From the NCBI RefSeq assembly GCF_009914755.1, contig NC_060925.1: a stretch of 64,000 bases of DNA, one strand, 5' to 3'. Position numbers and translations under genes: made by a program. This DNA is from the human T2T-CHM13v2.0 reference genome, Homo sapiens. Shown one piece after another: positions 14,351 through 30,540 of this stretch. Under the pieces are notes generated by a model. The model searched no databases. It saw only the letters and a list, made by a program, of their open reading frames with translations, and was not told where the DNA came from. The stretch's first letter is position 1; each line of letters starts with the position of its first letter.

Positions 14351-17300
14351 GACCAACCAGCAGATTCCCTTAGGCCATCTTTCAGGTTCGTGATTCTGAT
14401 TCCATTCTTTGACTCTCGAAATCATGAACACTCCATTTCCCTACTACCTCCTCTAAAACACAAATAATTCACCAAGTAAAGATGCTTATGAAGTTTCCAA
14501 TGTTTGTCAGATGTTTGTCAAGCTTAAGAAACCAAGCTCTATACACTGACCACATGCAAATGTGTAGCTCTTACCCTGACCTACGTGGGCCCTGAGATGT
14601 GTGTCTTGTGAGAGAGGTAACATTTGGATTCTTTCCCAGGCAGCCAAACCATACCATGCAAAAAGAATTTGAATCTGGAAAAACAATGAAAAACTTTTCC
14701 TTTAGCAAATCAGCTCAGTAGAGCAGCACCCAACACTGCAAGTTATCCTCCTAGCAATTAGCATGCAAATGACTTTTGACACCCATTTGCTAATGTCAGC
14801 TTAATGCAGACATATGGGAGGATATTGAAGTAGAAAGCTACTGCCCTTTTAGATGACAGCAATTATTATTACATTTCCAGGAACTCCTTTCTGTGTTCCC
14901 ATAGCAACTCAGATCAATTTAGCTTTACTGATACACTGAACAGGTTTAGTTTTGGAGAGGGAGTAGTTAAGGCCATCCTCAAGTAGAAATAAGTAGTTGG
15001 CCGCACAATCTGTCATTTCACCCCCACTTTCACCCTACTCACCTTGTATGAAATTCCCTCTTTATGGGAGTTGCAATGCTGCTTTTTAGTTCCGGCCAGA
15101 CATATTTTAGTCTTATAAAAATATACATTTTTTATTCCAGAACCTTGCCGCCATTTCACCATCACTTTGGAAAGCTGCTAAGTTGTGTTAGTATAGACAG
15201 AATACAACTGTTTCTTCATTATCCTGTCACTTATTGAGCATGCAAATTTTCTATTTCATTTATTTGGAGCTTGAAGGATTTTCTTACCTGTGAGAGTTCC
15301 CGTTCCCAGTGTATATGCTCCTGTGAAGAGATTTATTGCATTACAGATAGCTCTAGACTGGAAGTCAGGATATTGTGGTCTCACTTGGGTTTCGTAACTG
15401 AGGAATGGTGATACCTTTCTGGAATCACTTCCTTCTTCTCGGCCTCCTGCAAAATGGAAACATAAGAATAGGTCTTGCTAGAGTATCTCCTTTCTGCTAG
15501 TAATATCTCTTAACTGTAAAACAGCAAATATTAGCATTTGGGATGGTGAGGTCAAGGTATGCATTCTCATGGATGAAGAAATGTAGAAAAAGATTCTGTA
15601 CCATCTCCTCTGTCTTTCTCCATCTTTACCTCGCCCCTCTTTCTCTAACAAGAATTTCCTTCTACATTTCCAATTACACAGCAAAATTTCCATGTCTACT
15701 GACAGAAGCAGCTTAGCTTGGGAGGGAATGTATGGGGAAGAGGGGGTTACTGAAAGCCTATAGACCCCATACTGAACTTCCCTGTAGCATTTAGATGTTT
15801 GGAAAATCAGTTACTCAAATGTAGATTGGAGATGTTGAATGGTGTGAGTATGGGTATAGACCCCATCATGTGGGCTTCTTTGATCACTCATAGAACACCA
15901 GTTTTCCTGTCTGTTTTATTCCTGGCTCAGCCTAAACATAGGAGTAGCTATTTAACCTTTTTTTCCCCAAAATCTTAAATGGGTTTGTGCATCCTCTGGA
16001 AACCCAATTTTACTATTACCCTGTACTTGGCATCCATAATTTAAAACTGACATATAAGTTAGGCATCTCTTAATAAGGAATTCAGGCAGATTGAAAATCA
16101 AAATGATCTATTCCATTACAAATTTAGGCAGTATAATAACAGGATTCATCATTATCTCCTATATGCACATTTTTTTTCTGTTTTTATGTGTATCACTAGG
16201 CATAGCACAGTGAATAACCACCCCCCGACTTCCCTGCAGCACCCCTCATTAGTGTGAGGGAGTCCTGGGGGGTCTATGGCAACATATTTTATTTTCTCAT
16301 TTGATCCTCACTTCAGCCTTTCAAAGCTGTGTTCTTTTCTTCAGCCCCAAGGGAATTCAGGGTACTCAAAAAACTAGGTCACAAATTGCATCCATCTCTT
16401 AGAAGAAAGGAGTGAAATGACATTGTTGTTCTCTCTGCTCCTCTTATCCAGAGATAACAGTGAATATGTGCTGCTTCAGAGGAATAATTATGAATGTGTG
16501 AAAATCTACTGTGATTCAATAACAGTGCACATTAGTCAAAAACCCTTTAGAGGAGCTGAAGCTTATAGTCTACCTAAAACCAAAAACCTCTAGACCTGGA
16601 GACTGAATGGATAATGAAATTTAATCACAGTCATCCTGTGAGTCAGAGGTGAATAAGCTTGCAGCCCTGGGAGTGATCCAGGTGCTTATGGCCTTGTCTC
16701 AGGCAAAGAGATCTCTTCAGTAGCTTTGCCGTGAGAAGGGCTTCTCCAGCTCCTCTCCCTCTCATGAATTTTTACCTATACCAGCACCATTCTCATCCCA
16801 TGAAAATGAGATTCCAAGGAGCTCCTCCTCATATTGCAAATTAAGCACCTGGTAACCCTTGATATTTTGGATATATCTCAGTTCCCTGGCCCATATGTGG
16901 AGTCCTGGTTTAAGAAAAGTTTGCTATTTTGGAGAACTTCTTTGACTAATGAGGGTGAAGAAGGAAAAGGAGGGCAAAAATGTCTTACCTGCCTGGCCTA
17001 TCTCCCTGGCCCTTTCTGGCCTTGAACAACAGATCTGCTACAGAGGCTTCTGAGCACAGAGCCCACTCATCGTCCCCCGCCACAGCTCTCAGTTACAGCC
17101 ATACAGCCATCTTCATGATTAGCTCTGGACAACTATGTTCCTGTTTCTGAATGCCTTAAAGGGACCCTAGGAGAAGTTCAAGCAAGGTGGGGCACCCATG
17201 CATGGTGGCAAGATGTGTGGGTACTCTGAACTATGCTATCTGAAAAGCCAGGTTGCTGTTTGCTAGTAGGCAGCACAGGGTAGTGGACTCAGCAGAGCAC

Positions 17301-17379
17301 ACAGCTATGACAGTAGGCTTTGGAGAGTCAGGTAGAGAAGTGCATCATGACAAAATAGCCACCAGTTATACCTGTGTGT

Positions 17380-17989
17380 GTATGTCACTTATCCAAGATC
17401 ACTAATTAGTGGCTGTGTTTATTCTAGTTAGAAAACCTCCTGAACTCACTACCCTATGAGATTTCCATTAGAACTTTAATTGCAATTGGCTTAGAGCATT
17501 CTAAAGCTGTTTTCAAAGCAAGACTTTGAAATCCCTTTGTCAGACCCTGTTCCTCCACCCCTAGACTGGATTCCCCAGGTGACACTAATGGGGAGTGAGG
17601 TAAAGGAAGGTGTCATTACAAGTTTCCCACCTCCAGGGGATGCTCTATCTTGGGAAAAGACCTGCAGAACCCTCTGAGGCACCTGGTGGATTTTAGATCA
17701 GGGACACTGCTGCCCCTCACATGCGTCCTATGAAAGGAGATAAAACGATTGATCTCAGTATCCTTTCCCATCCCCGGGGCATTGGGTCAAGGTTGTTTAA
17801 GGATCATGTGGTTTCCAAGTAGTTTAGAATTCCAGCTTATCTCTCCCCATTTCATCACTCAGCTTTAGAATGCTCTAAGCCAATTGCAATTAAAGTTCTA
17901 ATGGAAATCTCATAAGGTAGTGAGTTCAGGAGGTTTTCTAACTAGAATAAACACAGCCACTACTTAGTGATCTTGGATAAGTCACATAC
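17380..17989. repeat. Inverted duplication: 130-bp arms (17380-17509, 17860-17989) with 350-bp spacer
   Basis: Base-by-base comparison: the arms are reverse complements with 3 mismatches (17386/17983, 17406/17963, 17454/17915) and no indels. Confidence 0.97.
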
Positions 17990-19585
17990 TTTTTCTGCAG
18001 CGATCTATATACAATGTAAAGCCTGTAGGATTAAAACAGAAATAAAATCCTTAACACTTCTAATATCCTACGAGTGTAAATGATCATTCCCATGCAACCC
18101 CCTACAAACCCTCATCACCACCCCAAATTCAGCTCATCAGAAAGAATTAGCACATACTTAATATTTATTCCTCCTATTTTTTTCTCTTGAAGAATTGTGA
18201 AGTTATAGAACTTGAGAGTTGAAATGGGTCCCAGGAAGAAAATGGCAGTAGCTGTGCAGTGGATGTCTCCCTCGCTGTGTGAAGAAAATGTGTATCTCTA
18301 GATCAAAGAGGCAAGAGCCGGTCATCATTGCCAGTTTTCAGATCAGGAATTGGAGGACTTTAGAAGAAAGCACAGGTGCCTTCTTACCCCTAGGACAGGT
18401 TATGGCATTTTCCTCTGTCAACCACAGTCTCTTGTTGAGCTATTCCCCTAAACAGTGATTCCTTCTCCCCAACCTATATTCTCTTCTTTGCCCTGCTCCA
18501 TCTAAAATCTGCTCTCAGGCCCTTCCCTGCACAAATTCTTCATTCCAACTAAAGTATATGCATTAAAATTTTACTCTATACTGAAGGCTTTGGAATTTAA
18601 CCTCATTTCATGCCTAGGGAACACATTGTAGGGGCAGATCCATATTTGAGCATAGGCTTCTCCACAGAAATCCTCCCCGCTCCAGCCACATCCTCCCCAC
18701 TCCAGTCTTGCTGTGGATAGCACAGACAAACCATGTGTCCAATGTGGGATCCAAGTGAAAAGACAAAAGGACTCGATGTCACCTTTTTGGACCCATTCTC
18801 TTAAGCTGAGGGGACATTTCTAGACTTCTGTTAAATGTTATTTCTTTGGCACCTTCCACACTGAGAGTAAAGATGCTGACTTCAAGGTTCTACATTTTAC
18901 AAAAAGCTAGAGATGTTCTTTTTAATCTCACTAAATGTGTATTTGAAGAGCCTCAAGAATTCACGTTTCTAAAGAGACACATTGCCCTCATCCTGTCTCC
19001 TGTCCTGTGAGGTTTTACGTCAGCCCACCTTTATTGTCTTTGTGTGTCATCTGTCAGTGGGCTCTCTGGAGCCAAGATGAGGACACTCTTTTTAAGCACT
19101 TACCAAGCCTCCCTTCAAGCAATGGCATCAGTGGAAATTCTGTGAGAAAAAGAAGAAGGGTGACTTCTGGAGAGAACTAAGTGCAGTTCATGGCATTCGA
19201 TGCTCATTATGAAAAGCCATCACAAGGTGCAGCACCCTGATTTTTTCAGTGTACCCCAAAGTATTAGGCTTTTCTTTCACTGTTCTCACAGTGTTTGTCA
19301 TAGTTTATTGTCATAAACTTTACAGCCATGAACACTGGCATTATTCAGGGAGTTTTTCAACATTTTCCCTAATCTCATGACCATGGCTTCTGGTATTCTT
19401 ATCCATTAATCACTGTGACTCCTTCACCATACCCGCTTATCTTATTTCAAGAGGGCAACGTAAAACACATATCCAACCTCAGATGTTCATTTATGTTAAT
19501 ACTTAATGGCCATTCCCCTTAAAAAATCCAGAAGGTATCATTCCAGCCCCCAAGGAACTCATACTCAGTAGCGGGAGGCTGACTA

Positions 19586-19951
<366 letters not shown>

Positions 19952-20437
19952 CTATGTTATGCGAAGGCTAGAGGACAAATTAGTTAACTTCATGTGTGCA
20001 AATGTGGAGAGGTTCAAGAAGGAGAGTGGGGGGAGGCAAAGCAGGCAGAAATGGGAGTTAGAGAAAGCAGACAGGAGAGGTGGCCGTGGGAATTGAATTT
20101 TGAAGGTTAAACAAAAACTTGTTGAAGAATACTCCAGCTAGATCTCTGTAGCTGGAGAGATACTGGTACTGCAAACCAGAGGTACGGGTACTGCAAACAA
20201 GTTGAAACAGCATTGCAGATCTTCAGGAAACCACAAAAGGCCCAGCAGAGCTGGAGGGGGCTGTTTGGTGTGAGATGGAGTAGGGCAACAGGCGATCACC
20301 TGCCCCATGTGCGTGCTGTGGCGAGAAGACTGGAATCTCTATGAGGTATTAGGGGTCTCATTAAGCAGGTGAGCGAGAGATTTAGAAAGAAGAGTGGTGC
20401 TGACACACTTTAATGCTGTAACAAGGTTCCCCCAAAT

Positions 20438-20591
20438 CAAGGGTTCTCAAAGGGTAGGCACTGGACCAGAGGCATTAGAATCATCTAGGACTTCTAGATA
20501 TACCACCTCAAAGCAGACTTGCTGAATCAGAAACGCCTGTGCTGGCACCCTTCAGGTGACTTCAGTGCATGTTCAGATTTGAGAGGCATTG
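20438..20591. mobile_element. MER5A MITE
   Basis: caagggttctcaaag...ggcattagaatcatctagg...gctgaatcagaaac...caggtgacttcagtgcatgttcagatttgagaggcattg. Confidence 0.7.
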
Positions 20592-21699
20592 GTCTAAATC
20601 AGTCAGCTCTTTGAAAAAGTTTAGTTGGGAAAGGCAAATAAGCAAGGCATTGGAGAGGTTAAATAGAACAAAGACCTCATTCTATTTGCTCAATTTTGGA
20701 CCGAGTTACAGAATTCTGCCAGTAAGTGCTTTAAGAATAAAGCAAGAAGGCTTTATGAAGAAATGTTATTTGAATGATGGGTGCAATTTAGAAAGACAAA
20801 GTAGACAGGGAATATTTAGTAGATAAAGCCACAGGCCAATAGACAAGTAGATATTCAACAAATAAATAAATCAACACGTTTAACAAAAGTTGATGGAACC
20901 CCTATCTCGAGCAACCCTCTATCTCAGGTGCAAGAGAAGCATAGAATAAGACATGCCTTCAAAGAAATAAACCCATGAACAATTACTGAGACTCCTATAA
21001 TTCTCTCTTGTGATTATTTATCCAGATGCAATGGAAATTTTATGGCTATTGCCTTCATTATTCCTGGGGATGAAATAGAATTAATTTAGGCCATGGAATC
21101 TTCGACTGCCTGTTCTTTCACCCAGGAGTTGTGGGGGGAGATGCAGGGTGGCAATGGAGGAGGCCCAAGCCATTCTCCATGTGAGAGTCCTTGCACGTGT
21201 GTGTTGCTGTTTAGCAGCAGCTGCTGCAAAGAAAATAATTATTTTCTTGAACTGGAAACCTATTTCCTCTAGGGATTAATCATGACAAAAGTAATCTAAA
21301 TCTCGTTAAGACTACTTAATGATCAATCTTTCCCTCTGTTTTCCCTGACTATAGGGAAGTGAATTGCCCCAATCCTTCTCTATCACCCCCCTGCAGCCAT
21401 GCCAATGCCTTACCTCTGTTATATTCAGCCATAGGGGAAGCTTATTCTCATAGAATCAGGGGTTGGCATGTAGTCACTAGCTATTCTTGGTGAGACTAGT
21501 GAAGATGAGTGAAGGAAAATATTGCATAGGTGAAATCTCATAGGCACAAATAGGTGTTTGTGAGAGTAACAATAAAAGAAAGTCATTCCCATACTCTAGT
21601 AGATGACTCATTTTCTCCTCATTTTTTTTTTTTTCAAGGCGTTCTCTACAACGGTTAACCTAGTACCAAAAATCCTTCTCTTTTTTCTTGGACAAATCC

Positions 21700-22200
21700 T
21701 GTTCAAGTTAGCATGGCATTTACTACGTCCAAGACATTGTCCAGATGCTGTGGAAAATACAACCTCTAAGTAAACAAAACAGAACCTTGTTCCTAAGAAG
21801 CTTACCATACATTAAATGTAGAGGCTTATAAACAGACTAACCATAAACTGAGGCCAAATGAAATAATTAGTAAACATAAGTATAAAGGAATATGATTAGA
21901 GAAAAAGAAAGAAATGCCTTCTAATGCTAGGAAAATCTGAAGAAGACTTCCTGGAGGAGGTAGCATTTGAGTTGGCTTTGAAGAGATAGAGAAAATTTAA
22001 ATGGGGTATAAGAAAGGAGAAAGGCATTCCAATTGGAGAGAATATGGAAAAGTCACAAAATCATGCAAATCTATGTATGTATAGTTAAAGTGTAGTAGTG
22101 TGACAAGATAACATAGTAGGAGGAAGTATAAAGAGAGAGATGAGGCATGGAATAGCAGTTGGGTTTTGATTGAGGAAGATCTGAAATACAATGGGTTTGT
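21700..22200 (-). mobile_element. L2 LINE fragment
   Basis: gaagacttcctggaggaggtagcatttgagttggctttgaag is the reverse L2 motif. Confidence 0.65.
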
Positions 22201-23162
22201 ACTAAACTGGGAACAAGAGAGAGTCTTTTTCTTACTATTTGCTCCTGAGAATGTAAATTATGTTTTATGTTTTTGAACTGAAATGAAGAATTTGGGCTTT
22301 AGCACAGTACTCTTTGGTCCTATAAAATTCCATTTAGTCTATGGACCTCCTTCCAGCCCAAACATCCCAGTTTCTTTCCGTAATAAAAGGTATCTGATCT
22401 CCCCCTCAAAGAGCTTAGGGGAGAAACAGCTTAGGAATGGGGGCTTCTGTATCATTTTCCTATGCCTCTTACTACAGGAAAAATACTTCTTTTTGCTTCC
22501 TAATTCACTTCAGAGAAACAAACTCGTCTCCAGCTGTTGCAAAACAAGAATGTGATTCTTAGAAATGCAACCATTATAACAAAATTTTATTATGTGGCAT
22601 TTGAGCAGTATCTGACCTTCCTTCTCATTTCTGTGAGCTGAGTCTCCAACCTTAGGGATTCATAGTCTCCATGTGACACTCTTTCCACATGTATGAGGTC
22701 TGGTTGCTAAGCCACAGAGACAGCACAACCTAATGCTGTTTTCGAAAGATCAATTATTGTTTATCCACTCTTGTATCTGTGTCCTTCTAAAATATAATAC
22801 AAACAGATCCTTCTCTACCAGGATCTGTATGAGGGACAATCTGTCCCTGCTGACACACCCAGAGTAACATTAAAGTTGAGAGCAACTTTACATGGCAGAG
22901 TCAAGAGTCTTTTGAACTTACTAGAGAATGTACATTGCGTGTGGACCCCAATCTATATGAATTTGAGGGAAGCCCATGAGACAGTGTGGTTGTAATCAAA
23001 TATGAATGGAGGTAGAAATCCTTAAAGGTGTTAAGATCAGAAAATACATGATGTCCTATTTTTTAAAAATATATATCATTACTTGGTGGTGGTGGTGGTG
23101 GTGGAGGTGTGTGTGTGCCAATGAATGGTGGTATAGTAAACAGACATAGAAAATTCTATCTT

Positions 23163-23510
23163 AGGAATGAGATCATGTCCTTTGCAGGGACATGGATGGA
23201 GGTGGAGGCCATTATCCTTAGCAAATTAACGCAGGAAAAGAAAACCAAATACCACATGTTCTCACTTATAAATGGGAGCTAAATAATGAGAACACATGGA
23301 CACATAGAGGGGAATAACACACACTAGGGTCTTTCAGAGGGTAGAAGGTGGGAGGAGGGAAAGGATCAGGAAACATAACTAATAGGAACTTGGCTTAATA
23401 CATGGGTGATGAAATTAATCTGTACAACAAACCCCCATGACATAAGTTTACCTATGTATCAAACCTGCACTTATACCTCTGAACTTAAAAGTTAAAAAAA
23501 AAGTGAAAAA
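23163..23510 (+). mobile_element. L1PA (L1PA13-16-like) 3' end, 5'-truncated
   Basis: gaatgagatcatgtcctttgcagggacatggatgga...aaacctgcacttatacctctgaacttaaaagttaaaaaa; TSD-like aattctatcttagga / aaatctattttagga. Confidence 0.9.
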
Positions 23511-23619
23511 AAATCTATTTTAGGAGGTTTTTCAAACAGTGGGTATCAAACTTGTCTGAACATTAAAATCATCTGAGGAACTTTAATAAAGCCCTATGCC
23601 CAACCATATACTGAGAATG

Positions 23620-24190
23620 CCAAGTGAACACTGGTGCAGCCACTTCTGAAAAAAAGTTTGGCAATATCTACTAAAGCTGTCCCTGTGTGTCTCTGATAAC
23701 TCAGCAATATCATTCCTAGGCATATACTCAAAAGAAATGCAAACATCTGTTTGCCAAAAGACACATACTGGAATGTTCATAGCAGCACTGTTATATAGGT
23801 CAAAACTAAGCCTAATCAAATGCCCATTGCTGTAATATTAAACAGTAGTGAGAATGAACTAAAACTGTATACATGAATATGGATGACTCTTAAAAACATA
23901 ATGTTGAGTGAAAGAAGCCAGACACAAAAAAATGCATATTCTCTGATATTTAAGTAAAAAATTTAAAAGGTATAACTAACCAATGCTATTGGATGTCAGG
24001 ATTGTGATTATCCTTGGAAGATGTAGAAACTGAAGGGAGAAAGGGAGCTTCTGAGGTGCTGGTAATGCTGTTTTCTGATTTGGGAGCTGGTTTCACAGAT
24101 GTGTTCACTTTGTGACAATTCATTGAGTTGGACACTTGTGCCTTATTCACTTTTGATATGTATTATATTAACATGAAAAGTTGAAAATAA
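23620..24190 (+). mobile_element. Old L1M (L1MD/ME-like) 3' end
   Basis: agtttggcaatatctactaaagctg...cataatgttgagtgaaagaagccagacacaaaa...gatgtgttcactttgtgacaattcattgag. Confidence 0.8.
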
Positions 24191-24199
24191 TTCCAAAAA

Positions 24200-27025
<2,826 letters not shown>

Positions 27026-28389
27026 AAATCTCAAAACTCAGGCTGTACCCTAGACAAATAAAATCTGAATTTCTGGTGTTGAGATCCAGGCACCAGTATT
27101 TTTTAAGCTCTGCAGGTGATTCCCGTGTGCAGCCATGGTTGAGAACAACTGAACTAAAATCAGTTTTGCTGCAGCAGAAGATCCCAAGACCCAGGTGATT
27201 CTTAAGTGTTTTTTGTTTGTTTGTTTTGTTTTGTTGTTGTTAGCTAACAGGCACCTTTGAAAATCCAATGAAATCTTTATATTCTCTTTACAGGGAGAAA
27301 AAAACGTATGTATGTATATCACCATATTTTGTATACATGAAGGGATCTAGAGGGCCTTGGAAGTACATCCATAGGCTCCCATATTCCTCAAGTAAAAAAA
27401 AAAAATCTGCTTTGGACTATGAACACTTTGAAGTCAAGAATTATAACTTATTCATCTTTGTATCTCTAGCACATTCCCTGGCACAGTAGATGGTCAATAG
27501 CCATTTGGTGAAGACAAGGTTTTCAGAATGGAGGGTGGAAGAGGAGAAGGGCAGCTAGGGGGAGGTAGATGAGAAGGGAAGAAGGCTTTGTCCAATAAAT
27601 AGACTCGTTCAGTTATAACCTGTCAGGGTAGGGCAATAACCGAGGGCTGGCCAGAATGGGCCAAGATGCAGTGTTTGGTTATCTGGAGGGGTCTCAGAGA
27701 TAAATAAAAGGAAACAGAAGGAAGAGGCAGACCTCATAGATCTGGGCAAGTGGAAGTACAGATGTTTGAATTTCAGAATAGCAACTCGAAGGAGATTCCA
27801 ATGCAAGTGCAACCAAAGGCAGAAGCCACTAGTTCACAGCCCTGTATTGTGCTTCATTCTGAATGTGGTGGCTGTAAGACAGCAAGCATTAATTTTAGCT
27901 AGAAGGAGGTAAGATTACTACAAATGAATACTTCTGTTGGCAGAGGAGTCATAGGCCCCAGTATGGTGTTTGGCAAATAGTAGAATGATAAATATTTTTG
28001 AATAGAAGAATAAGTAAGTACAAAACATCCCTTTCTCTGTCCTTTGCCTACTAGTTTAACTGTCTAGTTTTATTGTATTTTTCTACCATAGGAGAACAAA
28101 AATATTTTTAAAAAGAGAAAGAAAGGCAGGCAGCAAGGAGAAAAAACATTTTTTAAAAAAAGAAAATTAAAATCCATGTAATGTCTGATATCTGTTCTGC
28201 TGTATGTGTAGATCTTTCCATATACCAACTCATTAGCCTTATTTTACAGGTGAGGAAAATGAGACCGAGAGTCCTTCTTACTTGACCAAGTTCACACAGC
28301 AAGATCACACATGGTAGAACCAATGTTAGAACCTAGGTGTATACTTGCTCATTCAATATGTACAATAATTGCAAAAGTTTCCATAGGTC

Positions 28390-28620
28390 TTATTATATAT
28401 CAGGCACTATAAATGCTATGCATGTGTCAACTAATTTAAACCTAAGCAATATTATAAGGAAGGTACTATTATAGAAATCTCAGCCTTACAGGTAAGGGAA
28501 CAGGAATAAAGAGATGTGAGGTAATGGCCCAAGGCCACACAGCCAATAATGGCTCACAATTTTGAATCCAGCACAGTCCATCTTCAGAGGCCATACTCTT
28601 AATTACCATGCTCAGCCTAG
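28390..28620 (-). mobile_element. MIR SINE
   Basis: gaggtaatggcccaaggccacacagccaataatggc...ttgaatccagc...ctcttaattaccatgct. Confidence 0.75.
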
Positions 28621-29444
28621 GGTGACCATACATCACGGCTTCTACAGGGAAGTCCCAGTTTATGTTTGTTGTCCTAGAACAACTGTTAATACCATGCTCT
28701 TCTACCTGCAAATGTGCTTGGTTTGGGCAATAATGATAGTCATCCTAGCTATAACTGGCTCTTTCAATTTGGCCCATTTTTACTGTAAAATGCCATCCCT
28801 TAATCCTAATGACCAGAGTGAGCTAACTTTTGGCTCTTTGGATAAAACAAAATTTGAACTAACCAGGAATACCATTTCTTGTAGCTACTAGCTCTCTGTG
28901 TTCTGCAAGTTGGGTGCATGTTTATGTCAGTAGACCAGTTGCGTTGATCAAGAAATATTATTACACCCTTCATTGCGCAGCATGGCTGAGTTCTCAGACA
29001 TGTAACCAAAATCTCAATGTCAGGTGTCCCTAAAAGAAATAATTCTAAAATAAAAGTTCTTTTATTCTAAACCCATGTTACATTTTTACCTAAGACTATA
29101 GTCAACTAAACTTGACACCTTTTTGTTTTGTGTGTAGCTATTGAGCTATTTTTTCTTTAGCATTCTGAAATTGTACAACTAGATTTTCAGCCAAACCAGA
29201 GGGGGAGGTTACCTGTATGTACAGTATATTTTCTCTTGTTATATTTGGACTATAATTAACAATTTGCTACGTTGGATATTACTCCAGCTTAAAGTATTAG
29301 AAAACTGTCAGATAATGTATTCACCTCTTTTCTCGCTTTGTAATTATTATTTTTATAAGCATGTCATTAACTTAATGTAATAATAAGATAATATTAATTA
29401 TTCACATTCAACTTGAGAATAAAATTGTTAAATAAGATAATGGC

Positions 29445-29898
29445 TATACTGAATGTGTTCTGTTTGCCCCCATACTCTCCTTCTTCCCCTTGCTCTGTGC
29501 CCTGGGAGGCTGGCTCATTTGGGCTGCATCAACAGACTCCCTTGAGCTCTGACTTCCAGAGGGTTCTGCTCACTGCCTCCCATCGGAGGCACTTGCAAGA
29601 GACCTGAGGTCAGAGTGTTTATCCCTCTGGCTCCATCCCTGCCTTATTTCCAAGGCCAACGACTATAGCTCCTGTCAGCAGTCCTGCTTTAGGTGTGGGT
29701 AACCATCCCCTCCCCTTACCCTTTCAGGCCTTGGGTGGTGACAGAACCAGCTCTTTTTAGCCCCTGGGGCAGTGCTCTATTCTCTATTGGTTTACAAAAA
29801 AACTTGCGACATATTTGTAAATATCCCTTTATTAAACTCTCCTCAAATTACCCAGTTATTTATGCCATTTGTTTCTTTCTGGGAATCATTCTGATACA
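29445..29898 (+). mobile_element. LTR33-like ERVL LTR
   Basis: ctctgtgccctgggaggctg...tgcatcaacagactcccttg...ccctttattaaactctcctcaaattaccc...ctgataca. Confidence 0.8.
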
Positions 29899-30159
29899 AT
29901 GGCTAAGGCCAGAACCCTGAACAGACCACCAGATACATCCTCCTATATCCTAACCACACTCTAGGTTTAGGACCTCCAGTTCAGCCACCTATACAATCAC
30001 CCAGCCCAGGTGAAGCTGATTTTCCTCTTGGCCCTGCTTTCTTTTCATTTTATTCCTTCTCCTTGTTGTGATGTCATTGCCTCAGCCATAACCATGCACT
30101 GAAGACCCTTTCTTCCTCGCTTTCCCTCAAGCCTCCTTATCAGTTCTTCACATGAAAGG

Positions 30160-30540
30160 TGATGTTTTCAAAACCATCATGTCACTTCAGTATTTAAACT
30201 CTTCCACAGGCTCCTGTGGTGCTTAACATCCAAACACCTTATTAGGTAATAAGGTCCTACAGGCCCTGGCTCCTGACTCCCTCTCCAGCCTCAGGACACA
30301 GTCCCATTGCTAACCTCTTGCAGCCACACTGCCCTTCTGTTCAGTTCTTCAAACAAGCTGACACTTTCCTGTCTTGGGTCTTTGCCCTTGCTAGTCCCTC
30401 TGTCTGGGATGTTTGTCTTACCTCCACTCTGTGCTGGGTGGCATCTTCTCATTCGTCATGTCCCAGGTTTAGTATCTTCTGAGTGTGGTCATTCGAGACC
30501 ATGTTGTAAATAGTAACTATGCTGTATTACCTTCGAATGT
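30160..30540 (+). mobile_element. L2 LINE fragment
   Basis: catgtcacttcagtatttaaactcttccacaggctcc...tggctcctgactccctctccagcctc...gtccctctgtctgggatg. Confidence 0.7.

Noticed and set aside
28070-28260. Splice-acceptor-like sites (ttttctaccatag at 28091, ttattttacag at 28249) as lncRNA exons
   Set aside because: Motif only, and the second is inside a MIR-like relic. Cannot be supported without transcript data.
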